DNA of 63,877 nt, counting the filler, from Limisphaerales bacterium (GTDB lineage Bacteria; Verrucomicrobiota; Verrucomicrobiia; Limisphaerales; SIBE01): NCBI GenBank assembly GCA_044225505.1. It is 3 parts of 3 records of this genome, joined end to end, with 100 filler letters (N's around TTAATTAATTAA, not from the genome) between each part and the next. Parts side by side here need not be neighbours in the genome. Positions count along the whole stretch, not along the records: positions 1 to 25,085 come from JBGAIN010000122.1; 2 more parts are not named here. One strand, given 5' to 3'. The notes under the pieces are model-generated. The model worked only from the letters and a program-made list of their open reading frames with translations. It did no database searches and was not told the DNA's origin. Within the stretch, counting starts at the first letter, position 1, and each line of letters starts with the position of its first letter. Positions 9,639-19,469 of the stretch are shown one piece after another. A program made the translations under genes and the position numbers.

Positions 9639-10232
9639 CTAGTGGCTCGCCGACGGTCGACTCGCCTGGGATGGAGCAACGATGGCCGCCGCTTGCAGAG
9701 TTTCAAACAAACCAAATAATTCCCCAGCTCGTTCCGACAGGGTCTGAAACTCGCGCATATCATCGTCAAAACCGGCGGGAAGGTGATCGGGGATGGCGTC
9801 CTTTTCACTAATGAAATACGCCAGCGCTCGTAGCAACCACGGCTCGATTTCAGACCAACTCGCCCCCGGTTTGAACCGGCCTTCGTCAACCGCGACCAGT
9901 AGATCCATGCTCAGCCGCACCAATCGAGCTAACTCCCGGTGCTCCGGGCATTCCGGATGCAATCGCGCGAGTTTCGCTTCAATCTGCGGACGGAGCCAGC
10001 CGTTGTCGTGCGTCGGTCGGATCAGCTCGATTTCACGGGTCGAGACGTGTCGCACTTCAAAATAAGCCAGGACATCGACGAGCAATCGCCCCAGAGTCGA
10101 ATCGGTGCGCGTTGCGGGCCCGCCTGCCGCAGGTGGCACCGCTTTTTCACCTCCTGCGAGGGCCGATGCGACCGCGTTTGGATTCGACTGAGGCGGACGG
10201 GGACGCTGGGAACGAACCGGTTTGCTTTTCAT
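9639..10232 (-). CDS. Hypothetical protein with a YkvA/DUF1232-like C-terminal motif
   Basis: ALAYFISEKDAIPDHLPAGFDDD resembles the ALxY...DxIPD...GxxDD motif. Confidence 0.6.
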   Translation of the reverse strand: MKSKPVRSQRPRPPQSNPNAVASALAGGEKAVPPAAGGPATRTDSTLGRLLVDVLAYFEVRHVSTREIELIRPTHDNGWLRPQIEAKLARLHPECPEHRELARLVRLSMDLLVAVDEGRFKPGASWSEIEPWLLRALAYFISEKDAIPDHLPAGFDDDMREFQTLSERAGELFGLFETLQAAAIVAPSQASRPSASH

Positions 10233-10596
10233 GATTCAATACGTGGAAATTTAAACGCGCGGCCGAGCTCTATCTCCATTTGCTAGCCCATCTCACCGCA
10301 GCCGTCAATGGATTGTGCCGTTCGGGCAGCCGTTCGCATTACGAACAGGTCGTAAGCTTCGCTGGTCGCTCAGGCGGCCGTTTGGGAACGGACCGGCCCC
10401 AACGCCAAAGCCGCTGGTGACGAATTGTCACCAACTTCACACCACAACCTTGCGGCTCCTGGGAGCCGCCCCGTCCCTGCGCTCTAGTGCCTTGGAAAGG
10501 TGCCAGGGACGACGGGAGATTCGACTGTTCACACCCGGCCGAGTTTGCTACATCACTGTTGCCTCCAGTTGTCGTGAGACCGAACCCGTAAGCGGC

Positions 10597-11277
10597 ATGC
10601 AGACAAAAAATGTTTTTATCACAGGGGCGACGGGATACGTCGGGCAGAGCCTTGTCCCGGCATTGCTGGCACGTGGGCATCGGGTGCGGACGTTAGTGCG
10701 TCCGGAATCAAAACACCGAGCGCCTACAGGTTGTGAAGTCATCCTCGGGAATCCTTTGGCAGCGGATTCGTTTACGCGGCAGATCCCCCCTTCAGACACG
10801 CTCGTCCAATTGGTCGGGGTGCCTCACCCGAGTCCGGCCAAAGCCGCGCTGTTCCGCAGTATCGACCTCGTCTCGGCACAAGCGTCGGTGGCAGCCGCCC
10901 TGACGGCGCAGGTGCGACACTTTATCTATGTCAGCGTCGCACAGCCCGCGCCGGTCATGAAAGCGTATCAAGAAGTGCGGTCAGAAATTGAACGATTGAT
11001 CCGACAGCAACAGTTCCGTGCGACTTTGCTGCGGCCATGGTACATCTTAGGACCAGGTCATCACTGGCCACGCTTGCTCCTGCCGATGTATTGGATGTGT
11101 GAACTGATCCCGTTCACAAGGAAGGGTGCCCGGCGTCTGGGGCTCGTCACGTTGCCGCAGATGGTGGGGACGTTGGTGCACGCCGTGGAAAACCCGCCGG
11201 ACTCGATTCGTGTGATTGAAGTGCCTGAGATTCGACTCCTCGGAGCCCAGGCGCAGGCGGGAGCGGGGAGTCGATGA
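10597..11277 (+). CDS. NAD(P)H-binding epimerase/dehydratase (atypical SDR)
   Basis: VFITGATGYVG Rossmann motif immediately after ATG 10597. Confidence 0.88.
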   Translation: MQTKNVFITGATGYVGQSLVPALLARGHRVRTLVRPESKHRAPTGCEVILGNPLAADSFTRQIPPSDTLVQLVGVPHPSPAKAALFRSIDLVSAQASVAAALTAQVRHFIYVSVAQPAPVMKAYQEVRSEIERLIRQQQFRATLLRPWYILGPGHHWPRLLLPMYWMCELIPFTRKGARRLGLVTLPQMVGTLVHAVENPPDSIRVIEVPEIRLLGAQAQAGAGSR

Positions 11278-11349
11278 AATTTCTGTTTGCGCAAGTGTTG
11301 ATTCCTGCGAGCTTAGAGAAAGGAAGAGCGACCAATCGATGCCCAACTC

Positions 11350-12483
11350 ATGAGAGCTTGGTGTAACCAGCAGCTTCGGTTCCCTTTTCTGGCTCTGTTC
11401 GCAGCCTGGCTGACAGGGTGCGGCAAGCCGGCGCCTCCTGTCGCTCCGCCGCCTGCACCCGAGCCCGTAGTGGCGCCGACGTCGAACGCGCGGATTGTCC
11501 CCAGGCGGACCAATATTTTGGTGGTCACCAACGTCATGGCGACAAACGCCACCGCTGCCGCTGTGGTATCGAACACCGCGCCGGTGGTGACGTGTGGCAG
11601 CGCCCCGAGCATTCCCTGCAGCTCCGCGGATGGGATGTCCGTGACGCTGACCGCGCAGGTCCACGATGTGGATGGAGACGCGTTGAGTGTCATCTGGAAC
11701 ATCGATGGCCGCGATCGTTATACCGAACAAGTGGCCGCGGGCGGCCCGCCCACAAGTGCGGATTTGTCGTTTTCCTATAACTTCACGCCCGGCGAACATC
11801 GGGTGAAAGTGACCGCGCAGGACGGCTCATTGGCGGGAAGTTGCGAATTAAGCATCTCGCTTCAGCGTGATACGCAGGAGCCTGTGATTGCGTGTCCCGC
11901 AGATATTACCACCGTTCCCGATCCGGGTCGCTGCACCGCGGTGGTGACTTATTCGCCCAAGGCGACGGACAACTGCCCGGACGTCGCGGTGGTGTGTGAG
12001 CCTCCGCCAGGAACGGCCTTCGCTATTGGGATGACGCCGGTGGAATGCACCGCGACAGACACGGCAGGCAACGTGTCGGTCTGCGCCTTCCAGGTCAACG
12101 TGCAGTTTCTCAATCGTTGTCCGCAAAACGACGGTTTCTGGCGCCAGAATCAGGCAGCTTGGCCTGTAAACTCAATCCACTTGGGCAATTACGCTTACAC
12201 GCGCAGCCAGTTGCTGCCGCTGCTTCGGGCGACGGTGCCAGCCGACGCTAGCATGGTGCTCGCACGTCAGTTGATCGTAGCCACTCTGAATACAGCGAAC
12301 GGTTCGGATCCGCGCCCGATCTGCAATGAATTAGCCCAAGCGAATGCCGCGTTGGCCAGCTTCTCCGGAAAACTCCCTTACCGCGTGAACGTCTCGACGG
12401 CGGTAGGGCGGAATATGGCCGCCCTCGCAGCGCGCTTGAACGGGTATAACAGCGGGATGATGACGGCGAATTGCATTCCCTGA
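11350..12483 (+). CDS. Lipoprotein with PKD-like and HYR-like domains
   Basis: Lipobox LTGC, Pro-rich linker, DTQEPVIACP...ATDNC...FAIGMTPVECTATDTAGN, and a C-terminal GFWRQN...LARQL domain. Confidence 0.75.
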   Translation: MRAWCNQQLRFPFLALFAAWLTGCGKPAPPVAPPPAPEPVVAPTSNARIVPRRTNILVVTNVMATNATAAAVVSNTAPVVTCGSAPSIPCSSADGMSVTLTAQVHDVDGDALSVIWNIDGRDRYTEQVAAGGPPTSADLSFSYNFTPGEHRVKVTAQDGSLAGSCELSISLQRDTQEPVIACPADITTVPDPGRCTAVVTYSPKATDNCPDVAVVCEPPPGTAFAIGMTPVECTATDTAGNVSVCAFQVNVQFLNRCPQNDGFWRQNQAAWPVNSIHLGNYAYTRSQLLPLLRATVPADASMVLARQLIVATLNTANGSDPRPICNELAQANAALASFSGKLPYRVNVSTAVGRNMAALAARLNGYNSGMMTANCIP

Positions 12484-12639
12484 CGATCGAGAAGATCCGC
12501 TGGGGCGCAGCGTTCCTTGAGTCTTGACCGGTTCGATGGGTTAGGTAGGGCGTCGTCAGCTCAAGTCACGCGCTGGCCTGCCTTATTCTCTGGCCGCAGG
12601 CCACCATCTCCGGCGGTGCAGGCTTTGCCTCACACTCGC

Positions 12640-14400
12640 TTACTCTCCATACACCCGCCGCCCATTGAGGTATGTCCAAACGACCTTGGTCTGACGCAGG
12701 TCATCCAATGGCACTTGGAGCAGGTCACGGTCTAGAACCACAAAATCCGCCTGCTTGCCCGGCTCGAGTGACCCGATCTCGTTCTCTCGGAAGAGCAACT
12801 GGGCGTTGTTGAGAGTGTAAAAGCGCAGCGCTTGCTCGCGGGTCAACGCCTCTTCGGGATGCAGAGACTCGTTCGCCCCACGCGGCTGCCGGTGGATGGC
12901 AATCCACATTCCAAGAAACGGATGGTAAGCATTGATCGCCCGAAGCGATCCAATCTTTTGCATATGATCGGATCCGCCGCCCGCAATCGCCCCAGCCTCG
13001 AAGATGCTACGCAAGGGCTGGAAGTAACGCAGCCGATCCGTGCCGAACTGCCTCAACAACGTTCGGCCGTCTGAATAGAGCCAGATGGGTTGAATGTCCA
13101 CCAGCACACCCAAGCGGACCAAGGCCTCGACGGCCTCGCGGCTCATGAAATTGGAATGGGTAACGCACGGGCGCGTCGCGCGGATAGGCAGAGTCTGGTT
13201 GACGAGTTCATAGGCCTCGAGCAGGGCATGGACCGCGCCGTCTCCGACCGAATGAGCGGTGAACTGCAATCCGTTTTCCACGGCCGCTCGCACCATCGCT
13301 ACTAACCGGTCCTTGGGGATGAATCGGAGGCCGCGATAGTTGGGGTCTTTGATGGCATAGATTTCACTGACTCCCCAAGGTTCCCGCATATAGGCACTGC
13401 CCGTGAGCATGCCGCCGTCCAGGTAGGTCTTGATGCCAATGATCTTCAACATGTCGTCCGGCTGCCGCAACGGGTCGCGCGCAATCGCGCGAATCGATTT
13501 CTCAATCTCCTCCATAGGGCCGGCGCTTTCGACGTGTTGCGAGATCGAGACCCGCACGGTAAGCGCGTTTCGAGCGCGGAGCTTGCGATAACGGTCCACC
13601 GTCGCCGCACTCGCGTCCCGGTCGCAAATGCTCGTGATGCCAACGGAATTATAGTCTTTGAAAAGGGCGACGAGCCGCTGCTCGTGGTCTTCGTCTGAAG
13701 GGGAACGATCGGACGATTCCACCTTCACAAAGCGTGTGCAACTGCGAAGGATTCCGGTCGGCTCGCCTGTGACCGGGTCAATCTCGACGCGACCGGGGCC
13801 ATCGTCCGAGATCTTGAAGTTTCGATCGATGCCGCTGCGCTGCAGCGCCAGCGTATTAAGCGAAGCGTCGGGGCCCGTGGCAAAAAGGACGGGGTTTCGG
13901 GGTGCGGCCGCGTCCAATTCAGCGCGGGTCGGGTAGCGTTGTTCGCGTAGTCGAGTGATGAAGACCTGCCTGACTTCGACCCACTTTCCTGGGCCCAGGG
14001 CCTCCGCGCGGGCGCGCACGTAGTTCAGAACGTCGGGAATGCCTTCCATTTCCGGGACCGAGTGATCGAATTCGGTCATGCACGCATCGTCGGGATGGAC
14101 ATGAGAATCGATCAACCCGGGAATGACCGTCCGCCCCCCAAGATCGATCACTTCGGTTTTGGCTCCTTTCCTTGATAGGATATCGCTGTTGCCGCCCACC
14201 GCCACGATGCGGTGCCCCTCGATCGCGATGGCTTCGCGAATCGCAAACGAGGCATCGACCGTGACGATCTTCCCGTGGTGCAGAATCAGGTCTGGTTCTG
14301 CGGCCACCTTGGTTGGCAGGAACAACGACGTGCTTAGGAACGCTCCCACGAGGAACCTAAGCACGCACAGTGCGTTGGGCGGTAGCGATGGAAAGTGCAT
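12640..14400 (-). CDS. Amidohydrolase 3 family (YtcJ-like), exported
   Basis: IDLGGRTVIPGLIDSHVH, AHSVGDGAV and GSLEPGKQADFVVLD. Confidence 0.9.
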   Translation of the reverse strand: MHFPSLPPNALCVLRFLVGAFLSTSLFLPTKVAAEPDLILHHGKIVTVDASFAIREAIAIEGHRIVAVGGNSDILSRKGAKTEVIDLGGRTVIPGLIDSHVHPDDACMTEFDHSVPEMEGIPDVLNYVRARAEALGPGKWVEVRQVFITRLREQRYPTRAELDAAAPRNPVLFATGPDASLNTLALQRSGIDRNFKISDDGPGRVEIDPVTGEPTGILRSCTRFVKVESSDRSPSDEDHEQRLVALFKDYNSVGITSICDRDASAATVDRYRKLRARNALTVRVSISQHVESAGPMEEIEKSIRAIARDPLRQPDDMLKIIGIKTYLDGGMLTGSAYMREPWGVSEIYAIKDPNYRGLRFIPKDRLVAMVRAAVENGLQFTAHSVGDGAVHALLEAYELVNQTLPIRATRPCVTHSNFMSREAVEALVRLGVLVDIQPIWLYSDGRTLLRQFGTDRLRYFQPLRSIFEAGAIAGGGSDHMQKIGSLRAINAYHPFLGMWIAIHRQPRGANESLHPEEALTREQALRFYTLNNAQLLFRENEIGSLEPGKQADFVVLDRDLLQVPLDDLRQTKVVWTYLNGRRVYGE

Positions 14401-14445
14401 GGGCGTCGAACTCGATCCCGGAGCGCGGACCGCGCCGAGGATGGA

Positions 14446-15486
14446 TTACTTGACGACAGGACGGAGCACGATGTCCCGATATTCCACGCCGGTGTGATCG
14501 CCTTGCAGGTAGATCGGTCCGGCCCGGAATTCGTTCGACCACAGAGCGCCGCCCGTGCATCCAAGGAGCGGCTGATTATCGATGATCTTCGTTCCGTTCA
14601 GGATGACCGTGACGTGGCGATTGACGAGTGTGATATCGAAGCTTTGCCATTCGCCCGCCGGCTTTTCAGCGCTCGCGGTGGGGGTGATGCGGCTGTAAAC
14701 GCCCCCCATGTTGTGCGAATCCAACTTGCGTCCGAACGTGTCCGCCACTTGCACTTCGTAAATGCCACGCAGATAAATGCCACTGTTCTGATCCTTACCG
14801 ACTTTGGCCTCCAGGGTCAGATTAAAGTCTTCAAACTCCCGCTCCGTTCGAAGATTGCCATAATTCTTGTGGGCTTTCCCTTCTTCTTGCACTGGGCGAT
14901 TGATCAACTTCCCGTCCTCCACGCTCCATCCGCTCACCGCGTGAGAATCCGTCAGCTTCCAACCATTCAGATCCTGGCCGTTAAACAGCCGAACGGGTGC
15001 CCCAAACTGGACGGCGGACAGGTCCGGCGCGGCCGGGACGGGCGGGATCCGTTTCCCGCTGAATTCCTCGCGCAAAATGCCTTTGCCATTTTCGCGTCCG
15101 ACCATGCGGACCAGTTCCAAGTCATCGCCGGACAGTTTAGCGATGATTGCCTCGGTGAACTGCTGAGTTCGGATCACTTTGCCATTGGCATCTTTCCGTT
15201 TCACATCGGTCACGCGAGTCACATAAAGCATGTCCCCGTCATCGTTGAGAAAAACGCTCGAGACTGGCACCACGCTCCCGCCGCCCCACAAAATGGTGGC
15301 GTCAAGAAAGCCCTTCTCATTTGTCACCCCCAGCCAGCCCGCCCCCCCGCCGGGAATGGTTAGCGCCCAACGTCCCAGAAACGGGTTGTCCGAGTCTGCG
15401 GCCAGAGCGGCCGCGCCAACGAACAACGTGGCCGCGGCCAACGTTCGAACGCAGGAGGCCCAAAGAGAGGATTTAGTATGAATCAT
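14446..15486 (-). CDS. DUF1080 (3-keto-glycoside hydrolase-like) protein
   Basis: LFNGQDLNGW, NSGIYLRG.YEVQV and GPIYLQGDH..VEYRDI; signal peptide from ATG 15486. Confidence 0.88.
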   Translation of the reverse strand: MIHTKSSLWASCVRTLAAATLFVGAAALAADSDNPFLGRWALTIPGGGAGWLGVTNEKGFLDATILWGGGSVVPVSSVFLNDDGDMLYVTRVTDVKRKDANGKVIRTQQFTEAIIAKLSGDDLELVRMVGRENGKGILREEFSGKRIPPVPAAPDLSAVQFGAPVRLFNGQDLNGWKLTDSHAVSGWSVEDGKLINRPVQEEGKAHKNYGNLRTEREFEDFNLTLEAKVGKDQNSGIYLRGIYEVQVADTFGRKLDSHNMGGVYSRITPTASAEKPAGEWQSFDITLVNRHVTVILNGTKIIDNQPLLGCTGGALWSNEFRAGPIYLQGDHTGVEYRDIVLRPVVK

Positions 15487-15529
15487 GATCCGCTTATCCG
15501 CCGTTGGCCCGATCGGTTCAAGCAAAATG

Positions 15530-16342
15530 TCACGCCTGTTTCCAGAAGCTATTCAAGGCGGAATGACGCTGAATCCCATAGCTGTGGGCCAAGGCTTGGG
15601 TGATGTATTCCTTCGCGAGACGGACACTGCGAGCCAGGGCATGACCCCGCGCGAGAAAAGCCGTGATCGCGGCCGAATAAGTGCAACCTGTGCCATGAGT
15701 GGAAAGCCCTTTGATATACGGAGCCTGGAGCAATAGCTCATCCCGCCCGTCGTAGAACACATCGATCGCTTCCGCTAGTCCGCGCAAATGCCCGCCCTTA
15801 ACGAGCACCGGACTGCCAAACCGTGCATGAATCCGGCGGGCGGCACTGCGCATGGCTTCTACGGAACCCAACCGAGCTCCGTCCAGCAGAACCGCTGCCT
15901 CATCCAAATTTGGCGTCACCAAGGTCGCTCGCGGCAAGAGGGAATCCCAAAACCGCGCTGGTGCGGTCGCGCGCACGAGGGCACTCCCGCTCGTGGCGAT
16001 CATTACCGGATCCACGACCACCGGAACGCTGGCGTGACGGCTCAGGCAGTCCACGACGACTCGCGCCAGAACGGGCGAGTAGAGCATCCCCGTCTTGACT
16101 GCGGCGGGGGAGAGCTCCGCAAACACCGCGTCGATCTGGGCTTCCAAGGTCTTCGGGGTGCAAGCCTGGATGGAAGTGACTTCCTTCGGATTCTGCGCGG
16201 TCAGGCAGGTAATCGCGCAAGTGCCATGGACCCCAAGCGAGGCGAACGTCTTGAGATCGGCTTGAATCCCAGCCCCGCCTCCGCTGTCGGATCCCGCGAT
16301 AGTCAACGCCACGGGGACCTGCAAGAATGTTTTGCGTACCAC
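15530..16342 (-). CDS. thiD: Hydroxymethylpyrimidine/phosphomethylpyrimidine kinase
   Basis: ALTIAGSDSGGGAGIQADLKTF, DPVM, TPNLDEA, KGGH and THGTGCT. Confidence 0.95.
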   Translation of the reverse strand: MVRKTFLQVPVALTIAGSDSGGGAGIQADLKTFASLGVHGTCAITCLTAQNPKEVTSIQACTPKTLEAQIDAVFAELSPAAVKTGMLYSPVLARVVVDCLSRHASVPVVVDPVMIATSGSALVRATAPARFWDSLLPRATLVTPNLDEAAVLLDGARLGSVEAMRSAARRIHARFGSPVLVKGGHLRGLAEAIDVFYDGRDELLLQAPYIKGLSTHGTGCTYSAAITAFLARGHALARSVRLAKEYITQALAHSYGIQRHSALNSFWKQA

Positions 16343-16471
16343 CCCGTGACGCTACGAGGAACCCACTCCCAGTGGCAATGGCGGAAATGGGCCAGGCGGT
16401 CGTCGCAGGTAAGGAGCAGGGCTCTGGATGAAGCACCCGCCGCAGAGCTTTTGACGGAATGGGACCGACGC

Positions 16472-17401
16472 TTATTTGGGCGCCGAGGAATGGCTCAAAA
16501 GCCATTCCAAGTCGGCATTTCTAGCGTTTCCCTCCAGATGATTGAGCAGGTCGTATCCCGGGTAAATCGTGCGAGGATCCTTCCACTTGTGCGTTTCGAC
16601 GTGGCTGTCCGAAAACGTCAGTACTCCAGAGCCGCCGTGCCCGGTAAACGGGAGGTGATAAAACCAGCGCGGCGACACGACAAATGCGGAGTGGCAAACG
16701 CTGCCCGGGTTCATATCCGCGAAGAGAAACGTCGACGCCGGGTCGGTGAGGGCGAGATCAGAAGTTTTATTGAACGCCAGATAGGTCGGATCATTCCAAG
16801 GCGCTACGGTCGCATTATCGCCCACAGGCAAAACAGGAGCTGTCCAGCCTATGTAAGAATTCATGGAGTAGCTTCGGATTCTCGGGAAAGAGCCTGCGCC
16901 GATATGAATTTTGTCTCGGTCTGCAGGACACTTATAGACCCCAGGCGTCTTAAGATACGACGCGAACGAGGCTTCCTCGGGATTGCTGAGCGCAGCGACG
17001 TTCGTATAGTAGCTGGGAGATAAATGGGTTGCTCCTAAGACCCACAGCTTTGTGACTTTGAGCAGAGCATCTAACGGAACTCCGTCTGGCAAATAACCGT
17101 TGCGGGCAACGTTGTCGTTGTTATCGCTCGCATAGAGAAACCAAGTGATGGCGAGCTGCTTTTCGTTGTTAATGCATTGGGCGCGTTGAGCCTGAGCTTT
17201 GGCCTTATGCAAGGTGGGAAGAAGCAGACTGGCGAGAATAGCGATTACGGCGATGACGACCAGCAACTCGATCAGAGTAAATCCTTGGACAAACCGAGAC
17301 CTTCTGGGCTGCAACGATTTCTGCAGGAAAATAGGCAGCTCGACCACGAGCATCTGTTCACCCACTGGACCACCAACAACACGCTGACCGATCAACCGCA
17401 T
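16472..17401 (-). CDS. Prepilin-type N-terminal cleavage/methylation protein (PVC-type, H-X9-DG variant)
   Basis: [35 protein letters not shown] and [15 protein letters not shown]. The start is uncertain. Confidence 0.85.
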   Translation of the reverse strand: MRLIGQRVVGGPVGEQMLVVELPIFLQKSLQPRRSRFVQGFTLIELLVVIAVIAILASLLLPTLHKAKAQAQRAQCINNEKQLAITWFLYASDNNDNVARNGYLPDGVPLDALLKVTKLWVLGATHLSPSYYTNVAALSNPEEASFASYLKTPGVYKCPADRDKIHIGAGSFPRIRSYSMNSYIGWTAPVLPVGDNATVAPWNDPTYLAFNKTSDLALTDPASTFLFADMNPGSVCHSAFVVSPRWFYHLPFTGHGGSGVLTFSDSHVETHKWKDPRTIYPGYDLLNHLEGNARNADLEWLLSHSSAPK

Positions 17402-17546
17402 GGTTCAATAGCTAGCTTTATGCCACTGTCTCAGTATTAAGATATAGCAGAGTTTCGGGTGAAAATCACGGAAAATCAAATGGACGAAAAGGTGGCTTGC
17501 ACCCAGCTCTCACGGGCCTTCGCGAACCGCGCGCCAATCCCCGAAA

Positions 17547-18347
17547 TCAATTCCAGGGCAGCCAAATTCGAACGCACGTCCCACCGTCCATATCGCTCTG
17601 CACATCCATTTGCCCCCCGTGAAGCTGGACGCTTCCATGCACAAACGTCAGACCCAAACCAGAAGCCGGACCCACCGGACGGGTCGTGAAGAGCGGTTCG
17701 CACGCGCGCCCTAACGTCTCGGCGTCCATGCCGCACCCGGAGTCTTCAATGGTCAGGCAACAAACCGACGTATCCACAATCCCTAGACCCGCTGCCTCAT
17801 CTGAAGTCAATTCCTGGCGCTGCAGCCGAATGGTCACCGCGCCAGGTTCGAGCAGTGCCGCTAGCGAATTATCGAGCAAATGTCCGATGACCTTGGCGAA
17901 CAAGACGTCATCCAGGGTCAGAACACATGGGACTCGATCGAAATCGACCGTAATCTGCGCGTCCGCAGGGATCGACTTCATCCAAGCCTCCACCGTTCGT
18001 TGAAGCACCGCACTCAAATCGGTCCGTTTCGGTAAAAAGTGACGTTCTGGGTGAGTGGCGAAGACAAGAGCGGCGATCAGATTTTCCGCTTTGCGCACCG
18101 CCCCATCGAACTTGCCGACGTAATGCTCGCCAGGCGACCCTTTCTTGACCTCTTCACCTAACAGATTGATGTAGCCCGTCAGGGGAGCGAGCGAATTGTT
18201 GAATGAATGCGCAAGATTCCCAATCAAGCTCTTCATCGCGCGCAGTCGCAAATCGCGTTCGCGGAGAAGGTGACGCTCCGGCAAAGGCCTGACGGCGCCA
18301 GCCTTTGGCGACGAAGGATGGGATTCGCGAGGCGGCATTGGAAACAA
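17547..18347 (-). CDS. Stand-alone histidine kinase core (HisKA + HATPase_c), with no sensor domain
   Basis: H box LAHSFNNSL, N box LLDNS, G1 IEDSGCGM, F box EPLFTT and G2 GLGL. Confidence 0.85.
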   Translation of the reverse strand: MFPMPPRESHPSSPKAGAVRPLPERHLLRERDLRLRAMKSLIGNLAHSFNNSLAPLTGYINLLGEEVKKGSPGEHYVGKFDGAVRKAENLIAALVFATHPERHFLPKRTDLSAVLQRTVEAWMKSIPADAQITVDFDRVPCVLTLDDVLFAKVIGHLLDNSLAALLEPGAVTIRLQRQELTSDEAAGLGIVDTSVCCLTIEDSGCGMDAETLGRACEPLFTTRPVGPASGLGLTFVHGSVQLHGGQMDVQSDMDGGTCVRIWLPWN

Positions 18348-18753
18348 GGCAATTACGCTACTGAATCAACAGGGAATAGGCCAAACGCCGTTTCAAGCAT
18401 CCGACGGAAATCTAAGAAGCGTCGTTCGACGGACCGACCAGGCCCGCAACTGCGGTGCGCCAGGGCGGCGTGGAATTGCAGGAAACAGTCGGTTCATCGC
18501 CCCTTTTCCTAACAGCCGCATCCGCAAAAGCAAGGGAAACAAGCCGCTCCCAATGTTTTGAACGAGCGTGCCGCGGGGAGAGGAAAGGGCTCACGCCTGG
18601 ACTGCAACGCTGACAACGGGCTCACGTCGAGTTCAGACCGCGGGCTACCGGATGCCAATGCCAATATTGACTCCCACCGGAGCCGCGTCCCGACTCACAG
18701 CGCGAGCGGTGTAGTGAGTCACGAACTCACCGACGATCCGCGCTGCTGCGCCA

Positions 18754-19218
18754 CTAAGGACTCGCGGTCAGCTCACGGACCTGCTGGCACTTTCGGGCGG
18801 TCGTGGGATTCACATTCGCCAGTTGATATTGGCAACGGGCGAAGGAGGTTAGCCCCATGTTGTAAGCGGCGTAGATCTCAGCCTCCGATGGGGTCCGGCG
18901 AAGCCGCTTCTTCAGTTCACGCTGCAAGATAGTGAGGTAATCGGCCGCGTAAGTCCGATTCAGCTTTCTGTTCCAGACATGTTGGTCGTAATGGTACGTT
19001 GGACGACCGCGCGCTTTTCGCCAGGCATTCACGTCGTACCAAGCTGCTTCGGAAAGTTGGTAGTCACCCAAGGACTGCCCATTGTCACCCCACGTGTAGA
19101 GTCCGTGTTGGGATTCCACTCGGTGAACCGCGTGCAAAAGCCGGTCGCTAGGACGCCAGGTAGCTGCATTCCCGTGCGCCACCAAGGCACAATAAACGAG
19201 CACGAGGTATTTTTTCAT
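18754..19218 (-). CDS. Secreted lysozyme-fold protein (lytic transglycosylase/i-type-like)
   Basis: Signal peptide, AVHRVES (candidate catalytic Glu), GDYQLS..AW.DV and AAYNMG. Confidence 0.65.
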   Translation of the reverse strand: MKKYLVLVYCALVAHGNAATWRPSDRLLHAVHRVESQHGLYTWGDNGQSLGDYQLSEAAWYDVNAWRKARGRPTYHYDQHVWNRKLNRTYAADYLTILQRELKKRLRRTPSEAEIYAAYNMGLTSFARCQYQLANVNPTTARKCQQVRELTASP

Positions 19219-19469
19219 AAGTTTGGGAGTCCTACGGCAACGCCCTTTCCTTCAGCGTCGGTCGCAAGAGAAGCAACATTCTTTGGAACTGGCAACTTTC
19301 TTCTGCGCTTCCAAAAATGCGAAAAACGCTAAAATCTTGACCTTAAGTTATAAACGAAGATAGGACAGCGACAATCAGGCTGCGCCCTTGTTTCGCGGTC
19401 AGACGGCCGCTCGGAAAAGCCTCAGGGTTTCCCCGAAGCGGCTGTTGTCAGGAGCGGCGAGTCGCGGGG

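Noticed and set aside
16343..16470. Possible TPP riboswitch upstream of thiD
   Set aside because: No CTGAGA / ACCTGA...TAATGC core is visible on the minus strand.
14395..17023. Long plus-strand ORFs 14395-15363 and 15788-17023
   Set aside because: They are antisense to DUF1080, thiD and the prepilin gene, which is typical of high-GC shadow ORFs.
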